NCBI GenBank assembly: GCA_036338595.1
Contig: JAYZBV010000059.1
Coordinates: 1 to 13,037, forward strand
Origin: Planctomycetota bacterium
GTDB taxonomy: Bacteria; Planctomycetota; UBA8108; UBA1146
DNA: 13,037 nucleotides
Reading direction: 5' to 3'
Below the pieces are notes generated by a model. It was not told the DNA's origin. It worked only from the letters and a program-made list of their open reading frames with translations, and made no database searches. This document shows positions 1 to 6,436 of the stretch, piece by piece. A program made the position numbers and the translations under genes. Positions within the stretch are counted from its first letter, which is position 1. Each line of letters opens with the position of its first letter.

Positions 1-423
1 ACGGCGACGGATGACATCGGCCGGGTCTTCTCCATCGTCATCGCCAGACTCTGCGCGATCTTTGCGTTCGGCCAGACGCTTGCGCAGCGCCTCCAACCGC
101 TCACGGCCCTGTTCAGCGGTGATCGCGCCGGCGGCAATCGCTTCCTCGATCTTGCTACTGGCCTCCTGCAGGCGGCGTTCCATCTCATCGTCCACATCGT
201 CAGCGTCATCTACTGGTCGCTGGTTCGAGTCAGGATCGGCATCCTGCCCGGCGGAAAACTCGACAATGGTGGGGCTCACTGCGGCAGCTTCCGCATCATT
301 ACTCGATGGAATCGCAAGCAGTGCCACCGACAGACTGAAAAGAAAACAGACGAATGCCAGATTCGCTGAAAAAGGGGAGCGGGATTCCTGATCTCTACCC
401 AGGACTTTGTAGATGCGCTGCAT
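1..423 (-). CDS. C-terminal part of a BlaR1/M56-family sensor (TM or signal segment plus acidic/helical extracellular region), own ATG; partial, runs off the left edge
   Basis: Not in the ORF track; translated manually from ATG 423-421: MQRIYKVLGRDQESRSPFSANLAFVCFLFSLSVALLAIPSSNDAEAAAVSPTIVEF...DDADDVDDEMERRLQEASSKIEEAIAAGAITAEQGRERLEALRKRLAERKDRAESGDDDGEDPADVIRRR, open to base 1 (141 codons). Preceded by TAAGGAGGT (438-430) 6 nt upstream. GGPLMQRIYKVL resembles the GGxLxxRIxxIL end of M56 domains. Confidence 0.8.
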   Translation of the reverse strand, partial: MQRIYKVLGRDQESRSPFSANLAFVCFLFSLSVALLAIPSSNDAEAAAVSPTIVEFSAGQDADPDSNQRPVDDADDVDDEMERRLQEASSKIEEAIAAGAITAEQGRERLEALRKRLAERKDRAESGDDDGEDPADVIRRR

Positions 424-435
424 CAGAGGACCTCC

Positions 436-567
436 TTACGAAGATATAAACGATGGTGAAGTGTGAACTTGAAATGATTTCAGTGACAGCAGTGTCTCGG
501 CGAGAATCCTGGGGTCGTTGGCAACCCACACAGCAGCCTCGTCGCAGCAATACGCGGGTTCCATCAT
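436..567 (-). pseudogene. Remnant of a BlaR1/MecR1 (peptidase M56) protease domain, 43 aa, lacking the N-terminal TM helices and HExxH
   Basis: ATG 567-565 overlaps the blaI stop (ATGA). Reads MMEPAYCCDEAAVWVANDPRILAETLLSLKSFQVHTSPSFISS then TAA (438-436). CCDxxA...P..LAxxLL matches the M56 ExxCDxxA...YAxALL segment. In frame with the 423..1 ORF. Confidence 0.72.
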
Positions 568-959
568 TTGCGACTCCCCGCTTCCATCTCATCGAGCAGT
601 TTGCGGATCTCATCGATTTGTTCGGGTGACGATCTCTGCATCGACAGCGCCTGCAGGACCAGATCCCCCGACGAACCGCGAAACGCCCGATCGAGTAGCG
701 ACCGCAGCATTCCCTGTTGCGTCTCCTGCTTCGGTCGAGCGGCACGGTAGACCTGTGGGCGCACTGCGGTGTCACGCACGAGCAGGCCCTTGTCGGTCAT
801 GATCTGCATGAACTTGAGAACGGTCGTATGACCGATCGTCTGGCGCTGGCTGAGATCCTCGAACACATCTCGAACGGTGGCGGTTTTCTTGTTCCAGATC
901 ACGTCGAGGATGTTGCATTCAGCCTCGGTGGGTCGTACCGCGGGTTCCCTGCTCGACAA
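564..959 (-). CDS. blaI: BlaI/MecI/CopY family transcriptional repressor (winged helix)
   Basis: RPTEAECNILDVIW...ATVRDV...GHTTVLKFMQIMTDKGLLVRD...VYRA...LLDRAFRGSSGDLVLQAL...IDEIRKLL is the penicillinase-repressor pattern; lies directly upstream of an M56 remnant. TTG start is uncertain (in-frame TAG at 974-972 limits extension). Confidence 0.93.
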   Translation of the reverse strand: MSSREPAVRPTEAECNILDVIWNKKTATVRDVFEDLSQRQTIGHTTVLKFMQIMTDKGLLVRDTAVRPQVYRAARPKQETQQGMLRSLLDRAFRGSSGDLVLQALSMQRSSPEQIDEIRKLLDEMEAGSRK

Positions 960-1001
960 GGGGGCTCTGTTCTATTGCTCATGAGGGTCAGAATCACGGC
1001 C

Positions 1002-1029
1002 AGGCTACGACGGATTTCGTCGAAATCAA
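1002..1029 (-). promoter_or_regulatory. Candidate sigma70-type promoter of blaI overlapped by palindromic operator-like sites
   Basis: Minus strand TTGATT (1029-1024), 16-nt spacer, TAGCCT (1007-1002). Overlapping dyads on the + strand: GATTTCG-T-CGAAATC (1013-1027, perfect) and TACGA-N6-TCGTC (1006-1021, imperfect). Confidence 0.5.
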
Positions 1030-1068
1030 GAAGGTCCCGTCACGGATTCCTCCGTGACGGGACCTTCT
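1023..1068 (-). terminator. Rho-independent terminator of the 726-aa secreted protein gene
   Basis: Perfect 18-bp inverted repeat AGAAGGTCCCGTCACGGA (1029-1046) / TCCGTGACGGGACCTTCT (1051-1068); loop reads GGAA (GNRA) on the minus strand and the stem runs into TTCTTGATTT; starts 23 nt after the stop at 1092. Confidence 0.85.
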
Positions 1069-1091
1069 CGGCATCGAGACTCAGTGAATCG

Positions 1092-3272
1092 TCAGGCGCA
1101 GGGCAGGCTGTCTGGAGTTGGATCGGGACCCGCGGTGCCGGTCGGCGGCGGTATCGGTGGCGATCCAGGGACAAATAGGGTGTTCAGGAAGTAGATCATG
1201 TCCGCCAGGTTGACGCTGCCGGTGTCGTTGGTGTCACACGCCTTCATGCACTGGGGCACAACGCCGCCAGCAAACAGATAGGTGAGACCGAAGATCACAT
1301 CGGCGAGGTTGACGGTCGAATCGAAGTTGCAATCTCCGCGGACGAAGATCGGCTGCTCGAGGAAAGTGATGGTGGCCCCGACCACACCGGGCGCGTACGC
1401 CGCACCATCGAGGATCACCAGGTTATCGACCAGATCGGGTCCAAGACCATCAACAAAGTTCAACTCGCGAGTCTCTCCATCGACAAATCCGGTTGCTGCA
1501 ACGGCGAAATCGAACAGCAGAATCGGCTGGTCATCGCCGACAGGAATCTCCTGGCCCGCAAAGGGTGGTCCGGCATCCATGACGATCTGAGCGGTGATAT
1601 ATCCGGTAGCCGTATCCCCCACATCGACCAGCACCTGTTCTGCGCCGAGGGTTCCAGCAACGGTGCCATCGACGGTGACGTCGTTGACATCGAGCAGGTC
1701 TCCCGGCAATTGCACCGAGATGTCGTAGGCCTCTACTGGCGCACTGAAGGATGCCAGTAACGGCATCGATAATGTGGCTTGACCGGCAATTCCGGTGCTG
1801 TCATCGAGACGCAGGGAGAGCTCGGCAACGGTGACCGAACAGGTTTCTGCGATGGAAGCGTCACCGGCCAGCACCCCACGCACGCCGTATCCGTAATCGC
1901 CCGCTGCCACGGCGGTATCCTCAAAACTGGTGGTATCGCCGGCCAGGGTGGCGTACGGCAGTCCATTGCGCTCCAGCAGCACCTCGTCGTAGGTCACCGG
2001 GTTGGCCCAGTTCAGTGCAACACCGTTGGCAGACTGAGCACACGACAGGTTGGTGGGCGGCTCGACCAGCGAACCGATCGGTGCCATCACCGGGACGTTG
2101 ATGGTCGACGGAGTACCCGGCTTGAACAAGACCACCGTCGCAACACCCATACTCGGGGGCTGATCGGTGATGATGCGGAAGTTGTACATGAAGCCCCAGC
2201 GCAACGCGTTGGCATCCTGGTCCTGAAAGAACGATTCAGTACTCCACGTCACCCCTGCCGGAGTCACGTTCGAGTTCCACAAATCAGTCGAGTAGGGTTC
2301 ACCGCTGTGATGCGAGATTCCACGATGACCGACCGCGATCAAGTTGGCCGATGAAGATGCAGGAACGTTGAAGGCACCGGCACAGCGATCCGAGTTCATG
2401 TTGTAGAGGGCGTAATCGTAACGCCACTCGCCAGAACCAAGATCGGTCACCTTGTAACCGAGCAGCATCAGACCTTCACCAGGAACCCGCACCTCTTCGA
2501 TGACCACATCAGAGTCGTAGTCTTGCCACGCCTGGATGCCCGGCTGACCTGCCTCGGTCGGAGAACCGGGAATGAAACTGAGCGGGAAAGAGCCCGGAGA
2601 AGCCCCGACGGAAACCTGGCGGTAGGCAACGTTGTTATCGCCATTGGACGCCTCCGCGTCATCCGGAGTGACATAGTGGCCGGTGACGAAATAGAGCGAT
2701 CCTGCATTCAACGCCGGATCGAGCGCGGCTTCAGCAACCTGGAGACGGCGATCAATTTCGTTGGTGAAAGGTGGCATCGGAGGATCGACCGGATAGGGAA
2801 ACTCGCCGGTGTGAGCATTGACCTGTGATCGAGGCCCGAGATTGGATTGCTGGCCGTTGAGACCCGCCGAATACGGATCGGAACAATCGATGCCAAGAGT
2901 ATCGCAATCGGTTGGCTGACACGGTCCACAGTCACTGAGGCTCAGAGCACAGAAACTGTGCTTGAGCCACGAAACGCCGATTTGCTCCAGCGTTCCATCA
3001 CGCAAACGGTACATCTCTTGACCGATCACCGGGTGGTTTGGATCATCGGCATGCCATAACAACTCGACATCGCCAATGTTGCAGGAGGTGGTCCCCACCG
3101 AATATGCATAGATCCCATTGACCGAACCAAAGTTGCCCAGGTCGTGGAGATCGAACAAGAAGACGTCGGTGGCCTGTGCCGACACCACACCAGAGGTGCA
3201 GGCCATCCACAAAACCAGCAAAGAAAAAATCCAGCCGCGGAAAATCTGGTTTCTGGTGGCGGTACGGGTCAT
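1092..3272 (-). CDS. Secreted modular protein, 726 aa: signal peptide, Cys-rich N-terminal domain with lysyl-oxidase-like motifs, beta-rich domain, FN3-like, cohesin-like and C-terminal dockerin type I (EF-hand-like) domain
   Basis: Start placed at ATG 3272 (SD GGGGGTG 5 nt upstream) rather than TTG 3305. Signal peptide MTRTATRNQIFRGWIFSLLVLWMACTSGVVSA-QA. FN3-like PPTNLSC...VALNWAN...ERNG...SFED...YGYGV (about 1827-2066). Duplicated Ca loops GDCNFDSTVNLAD and CDTNDTGSVNLAD (about 1172-1346). Confidence 0.9.
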   Translation of the reverse strand: MTRTATRNQIFRGWIFSLLVLWMACTSGVVSAQATDVFLFDLHDLGNFGSVNGIYAYSVGTTSCNIGDVELLWHADDPNHPVIGQEMYRLRDGTLEQIGVSWLKHSFCALSLSDCGPCQPTDCDTLGIDCSDPYSAGLNGQQSNLGPRSQVNAHTGEFPYPVDPPMPPFTNEIDRRLQVAEAALDPALNAGSLYFVTGHYVTPDDAEASNGDNNVAYRQVSVGASPGSFPLSFIPGSPTEAGQPGIQAWQDYDSDVVIEEVRVPGEGLMLLGYKVTDLGSGEWRYDYALYNMNSDRCAGAFNVPASSSANLIAVGHRGISHHSGEPYSTDLWNSNVTPAGVTWSTESFFQDQDANALRWGFMYNFRIITDQPPSMGVATVVLFKPGTPSTINVPVMAPIGSLVEPPTNLSCAQSANGVALNWANPVTYDEVLLERNGLPYATLAGDTTSFEDTAVAAGDYGYGVRGVLAGDASIAETCSVTVAELSLRLDDSTGIAGQATLSMPLLASFSAPVEAYDISVQLPGDLLDVNDVTVDGTVAGTLGAEQVLVDVGDTATGYITAQIVMDAGPPFAGQEIPVGDDQPILLFDFAVAATGFVDGETRELNFVDGLGPDLVDNLVILDGAAYAPGVVGATITFLEQPIFVRGDCNFDSTVNLADVIFGLTYLFAGGVVPQCMKACDTNDTGSVNLADMIYFLNTLFVPGSPPIPPPTGTAGPDPTPDSLPCA

Positions 3273-3341
3273 CACTTCACCCCCTAGCGGATCATCCGCC
3301 GTCAATCGCCACCGCCAAGATTGTCGTCCCTCTCAGGAGGG

Positions 3342-3530
3342 TTAGAGCATCTGCGGAGGTGGGCTGACGTAATCGACGAAACGGTCCAGCTCGGAAGACT
3401 GCGCCGCTTCGAGAACGCGCTGACGGATCCGCTCCTGGATCGCATTCACGGCATCCTTCTGTTCAGAAATCTTTGCGAGCAAGGCCTCACCGACCTGCTC
3501 CAGTCGCTCTTTACCTTGGTTCATTTCCAT
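3342..3530 (-). CDS. Small hypothetical protein, 62 aa, predicted helical/coiled-coil
   Basis: ATG start with purine-rich leader (AGAGAAGAG); fills the gap between murQ and the secreted-protein gene on the same strand; E/Q/K/R/L-rich amphipathic sequence; no family recognised. Confidence 0.55.
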   Translation of the reverse strand: MEMNQGKERLEQVGEALLAKISEQKDAVNAIQERIRQRVLEAAQSSELDRFVDYVSPPPQML

Positions 3531-3589
3531 CTCTTCTCTGCTCTAACACGGGTGTCGTGAAAACAGCCGTCTCCCCGGTCCCGTCGAGG

Positions 3590-4543
3590 TTAGGGTCGGT
3601 CTGCTGAGCCTGCAAGTCGCTCCGGATCGGGAATTACCCCTCCAGCAGCTCTAATTTGCTGTTCCAGGTGCCCCAGATGGCCCAGAACCCCTTCCAACGC
3701 CTGGCGTGCTTTTTTTCGATCTCCCGACAACCAGGAAGTCGCTATCGCAAGACGTAAATCCCCGTCACAAACAGAGATAGCGTGCTCTGCCTCGGTTCGA
3801 GATAGATCGGTCAGGTCCGACACGATGGTCACTGCACGGCGACGCAACTTGGCGTTGGTGGCCTTCAAGGCGACCATCCGTCCACGGTGAATCCAGCCGT
3901 TTCGCAGAGCACAGATGGTCGAGGCCCGCTGCAGCAATCGATGAGTTGCGGTGGCCGCCTTGAGACGCGTCGATCCCGCCACCGGTTCGGCACCCGTATC
4001 GAGACCGATCAGCAGCAAGTCATCTGCACCGAAACCGATCTCGATCGGTTGTCGATGGCAAGTGATGAAGACGAGACTCGCCCCGCTTTCATGCGCTGCT
4101 GCGAGACCTTCACGCACCCACGCTGCGGATCCGGAAGCGCTGATCCCGATAACCAGATCCTCGTCGGTCAACTCGAGTTGTTCGATGGCACAGACGGCAG
4201 CCGCGCCATCATCTTCGGCTCCCTCCACCGACTGACTGAAAGCAACCTCACCACCAGCAAGCAGAGTCACCCTGCGATGTTGCTCGACCGAGAAAGTCGG
4301 ACCCCATTCGGCCATGTCGAGAGCGAGAATCCTGCCACTGGTGCCAGCACCCAGCCCGATGACACGACCGTTGCCTGCCAGGGTAGTGGCCATTCGTGAA
4401 GAAAGTTCGAGGATGTCGTCGCGACAACTCTGTAACGCCGCATCGATTCTGCGCTCTTCTTGATCGAACAGGTCCCACAGTTGTTCCGGCTCGGTCAATG
4501 CGGATGCCCTGGGGTCGAGGTCCTCGGTCGGAGGAACTTCCAT
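3590..4543 (-). CDS. murQ: N-acetylmuramic acid 6-phosphate etherase (MurQ, SIS domain), divergent, 317 aa
   Basis: Motifs PPTE, GRVIGLGAGTSGR, LDMAEWGPTF, AGG...VEGAEDD, GISASG, TGAEPVAGSTRLKAATA, MVALKATNAKLRRRA. Start placed at ATG 4543, overlapping the upstream TGA (TGATG). Confidence 0.92.
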   Translation of the reverse strand: MEVPPTEDLDPRASALTEPEQLWDLFDQEERRIDAALQSCRDDILELSSRMATTLAGNGRVIGLGAGTSGRILALDMAEWGPTFSVEQHRRVTLLAGGEVAFSQSVEGAEDDGAAAVCAIEQLELTDEDLVIGISASGSAAWVREGLAAAHESGASLVFITCHRQPIEIGFGADDLLLIGLDTGAEPVAGSTRLKAATATHRLLQRASTICALRNGWIHRGRMVALKATNAKLRRRAVTIVSDLTDLSRTEAEHAISVCDGDLRLAIATSWLSGDRKKARQALEGVLGHLGHLEQQIRAAGGVIPDPERLAGSADRP

Positions 4544-5478
4544 CAGAGACCACCACCGGGACCCTGGATACGGCGCCAGACCCTGCCGATCTCGGTGCGG
4601 ATTTCTTTTTCCCATGGATCGTGAGGGTAATCCTTGAGGATCTTCTCGTAGGCCGATGCCGCTTCCCCCAGGCGATTCTTGCGCTCCAGTTGCTTGGCCC
4701 GAGCCATCGCTTCACGCCAACGTTTTTCGAGCAAGCCAAGCACCTCGATTCGACGCTGCTCAGGCGGAGCTTCAACCGGCAAGTCGAGTTTCTGAGCTTC
4801 CTCCAGCTGGCGGCAGCAGTCGGCAGTATCATCGCGTTGCAGCAACAAGGTCGCCTTGTCGACCAGGCGATCCGCCACATCCATCTTTCTCGACAGCACG
4901 ACGCACTCGCGGGTGGCCAGTTTCAGAGCCTTGCGCAGTGCACTCGGAGAGATCTTCTTACCCACCACTTGTGCCCTCTTGCGCCCGAACATATCGAGCA
5001 CAGCGATGACGGTGTCGCCTTTGGGATTACCAAGATTCTTTTCGATCAATCGCCGGACCCGAGCTCGCGACCAGCGTTGCGACTGATCTTTTTCATCGCT
5101 CGTGGTTTCCGGCGGCCACTGCCAGCCGCCATCGGGGTCGGCCCTGAGCAACACCCGAACACTGATCACTTTCTTCATCGCCCGAGCGGTCGAGCGGTTG
5201 AGAAGTTCTTGTTCCAGAGCCACCTTCGGTTGCGGATCCCGGGGAGATTCGACCAGCAGCAGGATCGGCTGATGCAACTCGAGCGCACGGGGCAACCCCT
5301 CCTCGGGATCGACCCAGCGATGTTCGATCGGCTCGTCATCGGCCACCGTTCGCGCCAGCAGCATCGACTTCGGTGTTTCACCAGCAACCGGAAGGGACGA
5401 AAAGCCCACGGATACACCGCAGCACAGCAATACCAGCGGCAAAAACACCGACCGCGACACCGATCCATCGCTGAACAT
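4543..5478 (-). CDS. Exported hypothetical protein, 311 aa: thioredoxin-like domain without CxxC plus C-terminal TPR-like helices
   Basis: Start ATG 5478 with SD GAGGAGGTG 6 nt upstream; hydrophobic N-terminus VFLPLVLLCCGVSVG; WVDPEEGLPRALELHQPILLLV and TVIAVLDMFG resemble thioredoxin-family elements; EAASAYEKILKDYPHDPW is TPR-like. Confidence 0.75.
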   Translation of the reverse strand: MFSDGSVSRSVFLPLVLLCCGVSVGFSSLPVAGETPKSMLLARTVADDEPIEHRWVDPEEGLPRALELHQPILLLVESPRDPQPKVALEQELLNRSTARAMKKVISVRVLLRADPDGGWQWPPETTSDEKDQSQRWSRARVRRLIEKNLGNPKGDTVIAVLDMFGRKRAQVVGKKISPSALRKALKLATRECVVLSRKMDVADRLVDKATLLLQRDDTADCCRQLEEAQKLDLPVEAPPEQRRIEVLGLLEKRWREAMARAKQLERKNRLGEAASAYEKILKDYPHDPWEKEIRTEIGRVWRRIQGPGGGL

Positions 5479-5558
5479 CGAAAACACCTCCTCGAGGGGG
5501 TTCCAGTCTACTCGCACCGGTAGCGGGGAACCATCCTTGCCGCCGGTTGATCATCTGC

Positions 5559-5587
5559 TTGCCCAAACAAACCGATGGGAACATGAT
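5559..5587 (+). promoter_or_regulatory. Candidate sigma70-type promoter for the ubiE operon
   Basis: TTGCCC (5559-5564), 17-nt spacer, CATGAT (5582-5587) in the divergent intergenic region; weak consensus match only. Confidence 0.3.
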
Positions 5588-5643
5588 CCGGGTCTCGATC
5601 TTCACAAGAGGATCGAACCTACATCATCCCGGGAGGCCATTTC

Positions 5644-6426
5644 TTGACGACAGAGCCGCTGATCTCACCATCGTCGAATCGTTCCGGTCCAACCCGAGTT
5701 GGGTCAAACTCAGACGAAAAACACCCCTTTCTCGACAAGGAAGGGCACAAGATCCAGGGGCTCTTCGATGAGATCGCACCGCGTTACGATTTTCTCAATC
5801 GGCTTTTTTCTGGCTGCATCGACGTGTGGTGGCGCAAGAAAGCAGTGAAGAGACTGCGCGCCAGGAGCGGTTCCTGCATCCTGGATGCTTGCTGCGGAAC
5901 TGGCGATCTGGCCAACGCTCTGCTCGAGCAGGTTCCGGGTGCAAGAGTGGTCGGCAGCGACTTTTCTCTGGAGATGCTCCTGTCGGGAAAAAACAAACAA
6001 AGAGGAGCAAAGGGCCTATCGCTGGTGCTCGCCGACACCCTTCACTTGCCATTTCCCGATCACACCTTCGATGGCGCGATGGTCGGTTTCGGCATGAGGA
6101 ACGTCGTCGACCTGGATGCAGCACTTGCAGAGTTGCGCCGGGTTCTGAAACCAGGAGGACGATTGATGATCCTCGAGTTCACCCCGGTGCGTCAACGCTG
6201 GCTGCGCCCTTTCTTCCACTTCTATCAGGGGAAGATCCTACCGGCAGTGGGAAATCTGCTGTCGAGATCGAGGCTGCGTGCCTACAGTTACCTGGATGAG
6301 TCGGTAAGGGACTGGCCATCGGGTGAGCGTCTTGCTGACAAGATCCGCGCAACGCCTTTTCACGCGGTGAACTGGCGGACACTGATACCGGGAAATGTCG
6401 CTGTACATGAAGCGATCCGCGCCTGA
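5644..6426 (+). CDS. ubiE: Demethylmenaquinone/ubiquinone C-methyltransferase (UbiE/MenG family)
   Basis: IQGLFDEIAPRYDFLNRLFSGCIDVWWR, SAM motif ILDACCGTGDLA, DFSLEML, LPFPDHTFD, GFGMRNV, LRRVLKPGGRLMILEF, AYSYLDESV. TTG start with GGAGG 7 nt upstream. Confidence 0.96.
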   Translation: MTTEPLISPSSNRSGPTRVGSNSDEKHPFLDKEGHKIQGLFDEIAPRYDFLNRLFSGCIDVWWRKKAVKRLRARSGSCILDACCGTGDLANALLEQVPGARVVGSDFSLEMLLSGKNKQRGAKGLSLVLADTLHLPFPDHTFDGAMVGFGMRNVVDLDAALAELRRVLKPGGRLMILEFTPVRQRWLRPFFHFYQGKILPAVGNLLSRSRLRAYSYLDESVRDWPSGERLADKIRATPFHAVNWRTLIPGNVAVHEAIRA

Positions 6427-6436
6427 GGAGGTCCGG

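Noticed and set aside
11..391. 126-aa plus-strand ORF
   Set aside because: Ser/Arg-rich antisense shadow of the minus-strand 423..1 frame, which has an SD, a TM segment and protein-like composition.
436..438. Stop-codon readthrough or recoding of the in-frame stop
   Set aside because: The codon is TAA (not TGA or TAG), TAA terminates murQ and the 62-aa ORF in this window, and readthrough would still not restore the missing HExxH.
395..775. 126-aa minus-strand ORF overlapping blaI
   Set aside because: Alternative frame, Arg/Cys-rich with no motif; the M56-like signal is in a different frame (567..436).
1029..1068. 18-bp hairpin as a REP, CRISPR repeat or att site
   Set aside because: Single copy in the window and positioned as a terminator just after a stop codon.
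3273..3305. TTG start at 3305 for the secreted protein
   Set aside because: ATG 3272 has a good SD and gives a typical signal peptide; the extra residues are acidic and include the SD itself.
3341..3547. 9-bp inverted repeat GTTAGAGCA / TGCTCTAAC flanking the 62-aa ORF (possible MITE or invertible segment)
   Set aside because: Does not extend beyond 9 bp, no target-site duplication and no recombinase or transposase nearby; matches of this length are expected by chance in 13 kb.
4544..4615. N-terminal extension of murQ from ATG 4615
   Set aside because: Would overlap the upstream gene by more than 70 nt; ATG 4543 is coupled to the upstream stop and sits just before the conserved TE motif.
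4396..5523. 375-aa plus-strand ORF
   Set aside because: Antisense to the 4543..5478 gene and murQ start, no recognisable motifs; long shadow ORFs are common in GC-rich DNA.
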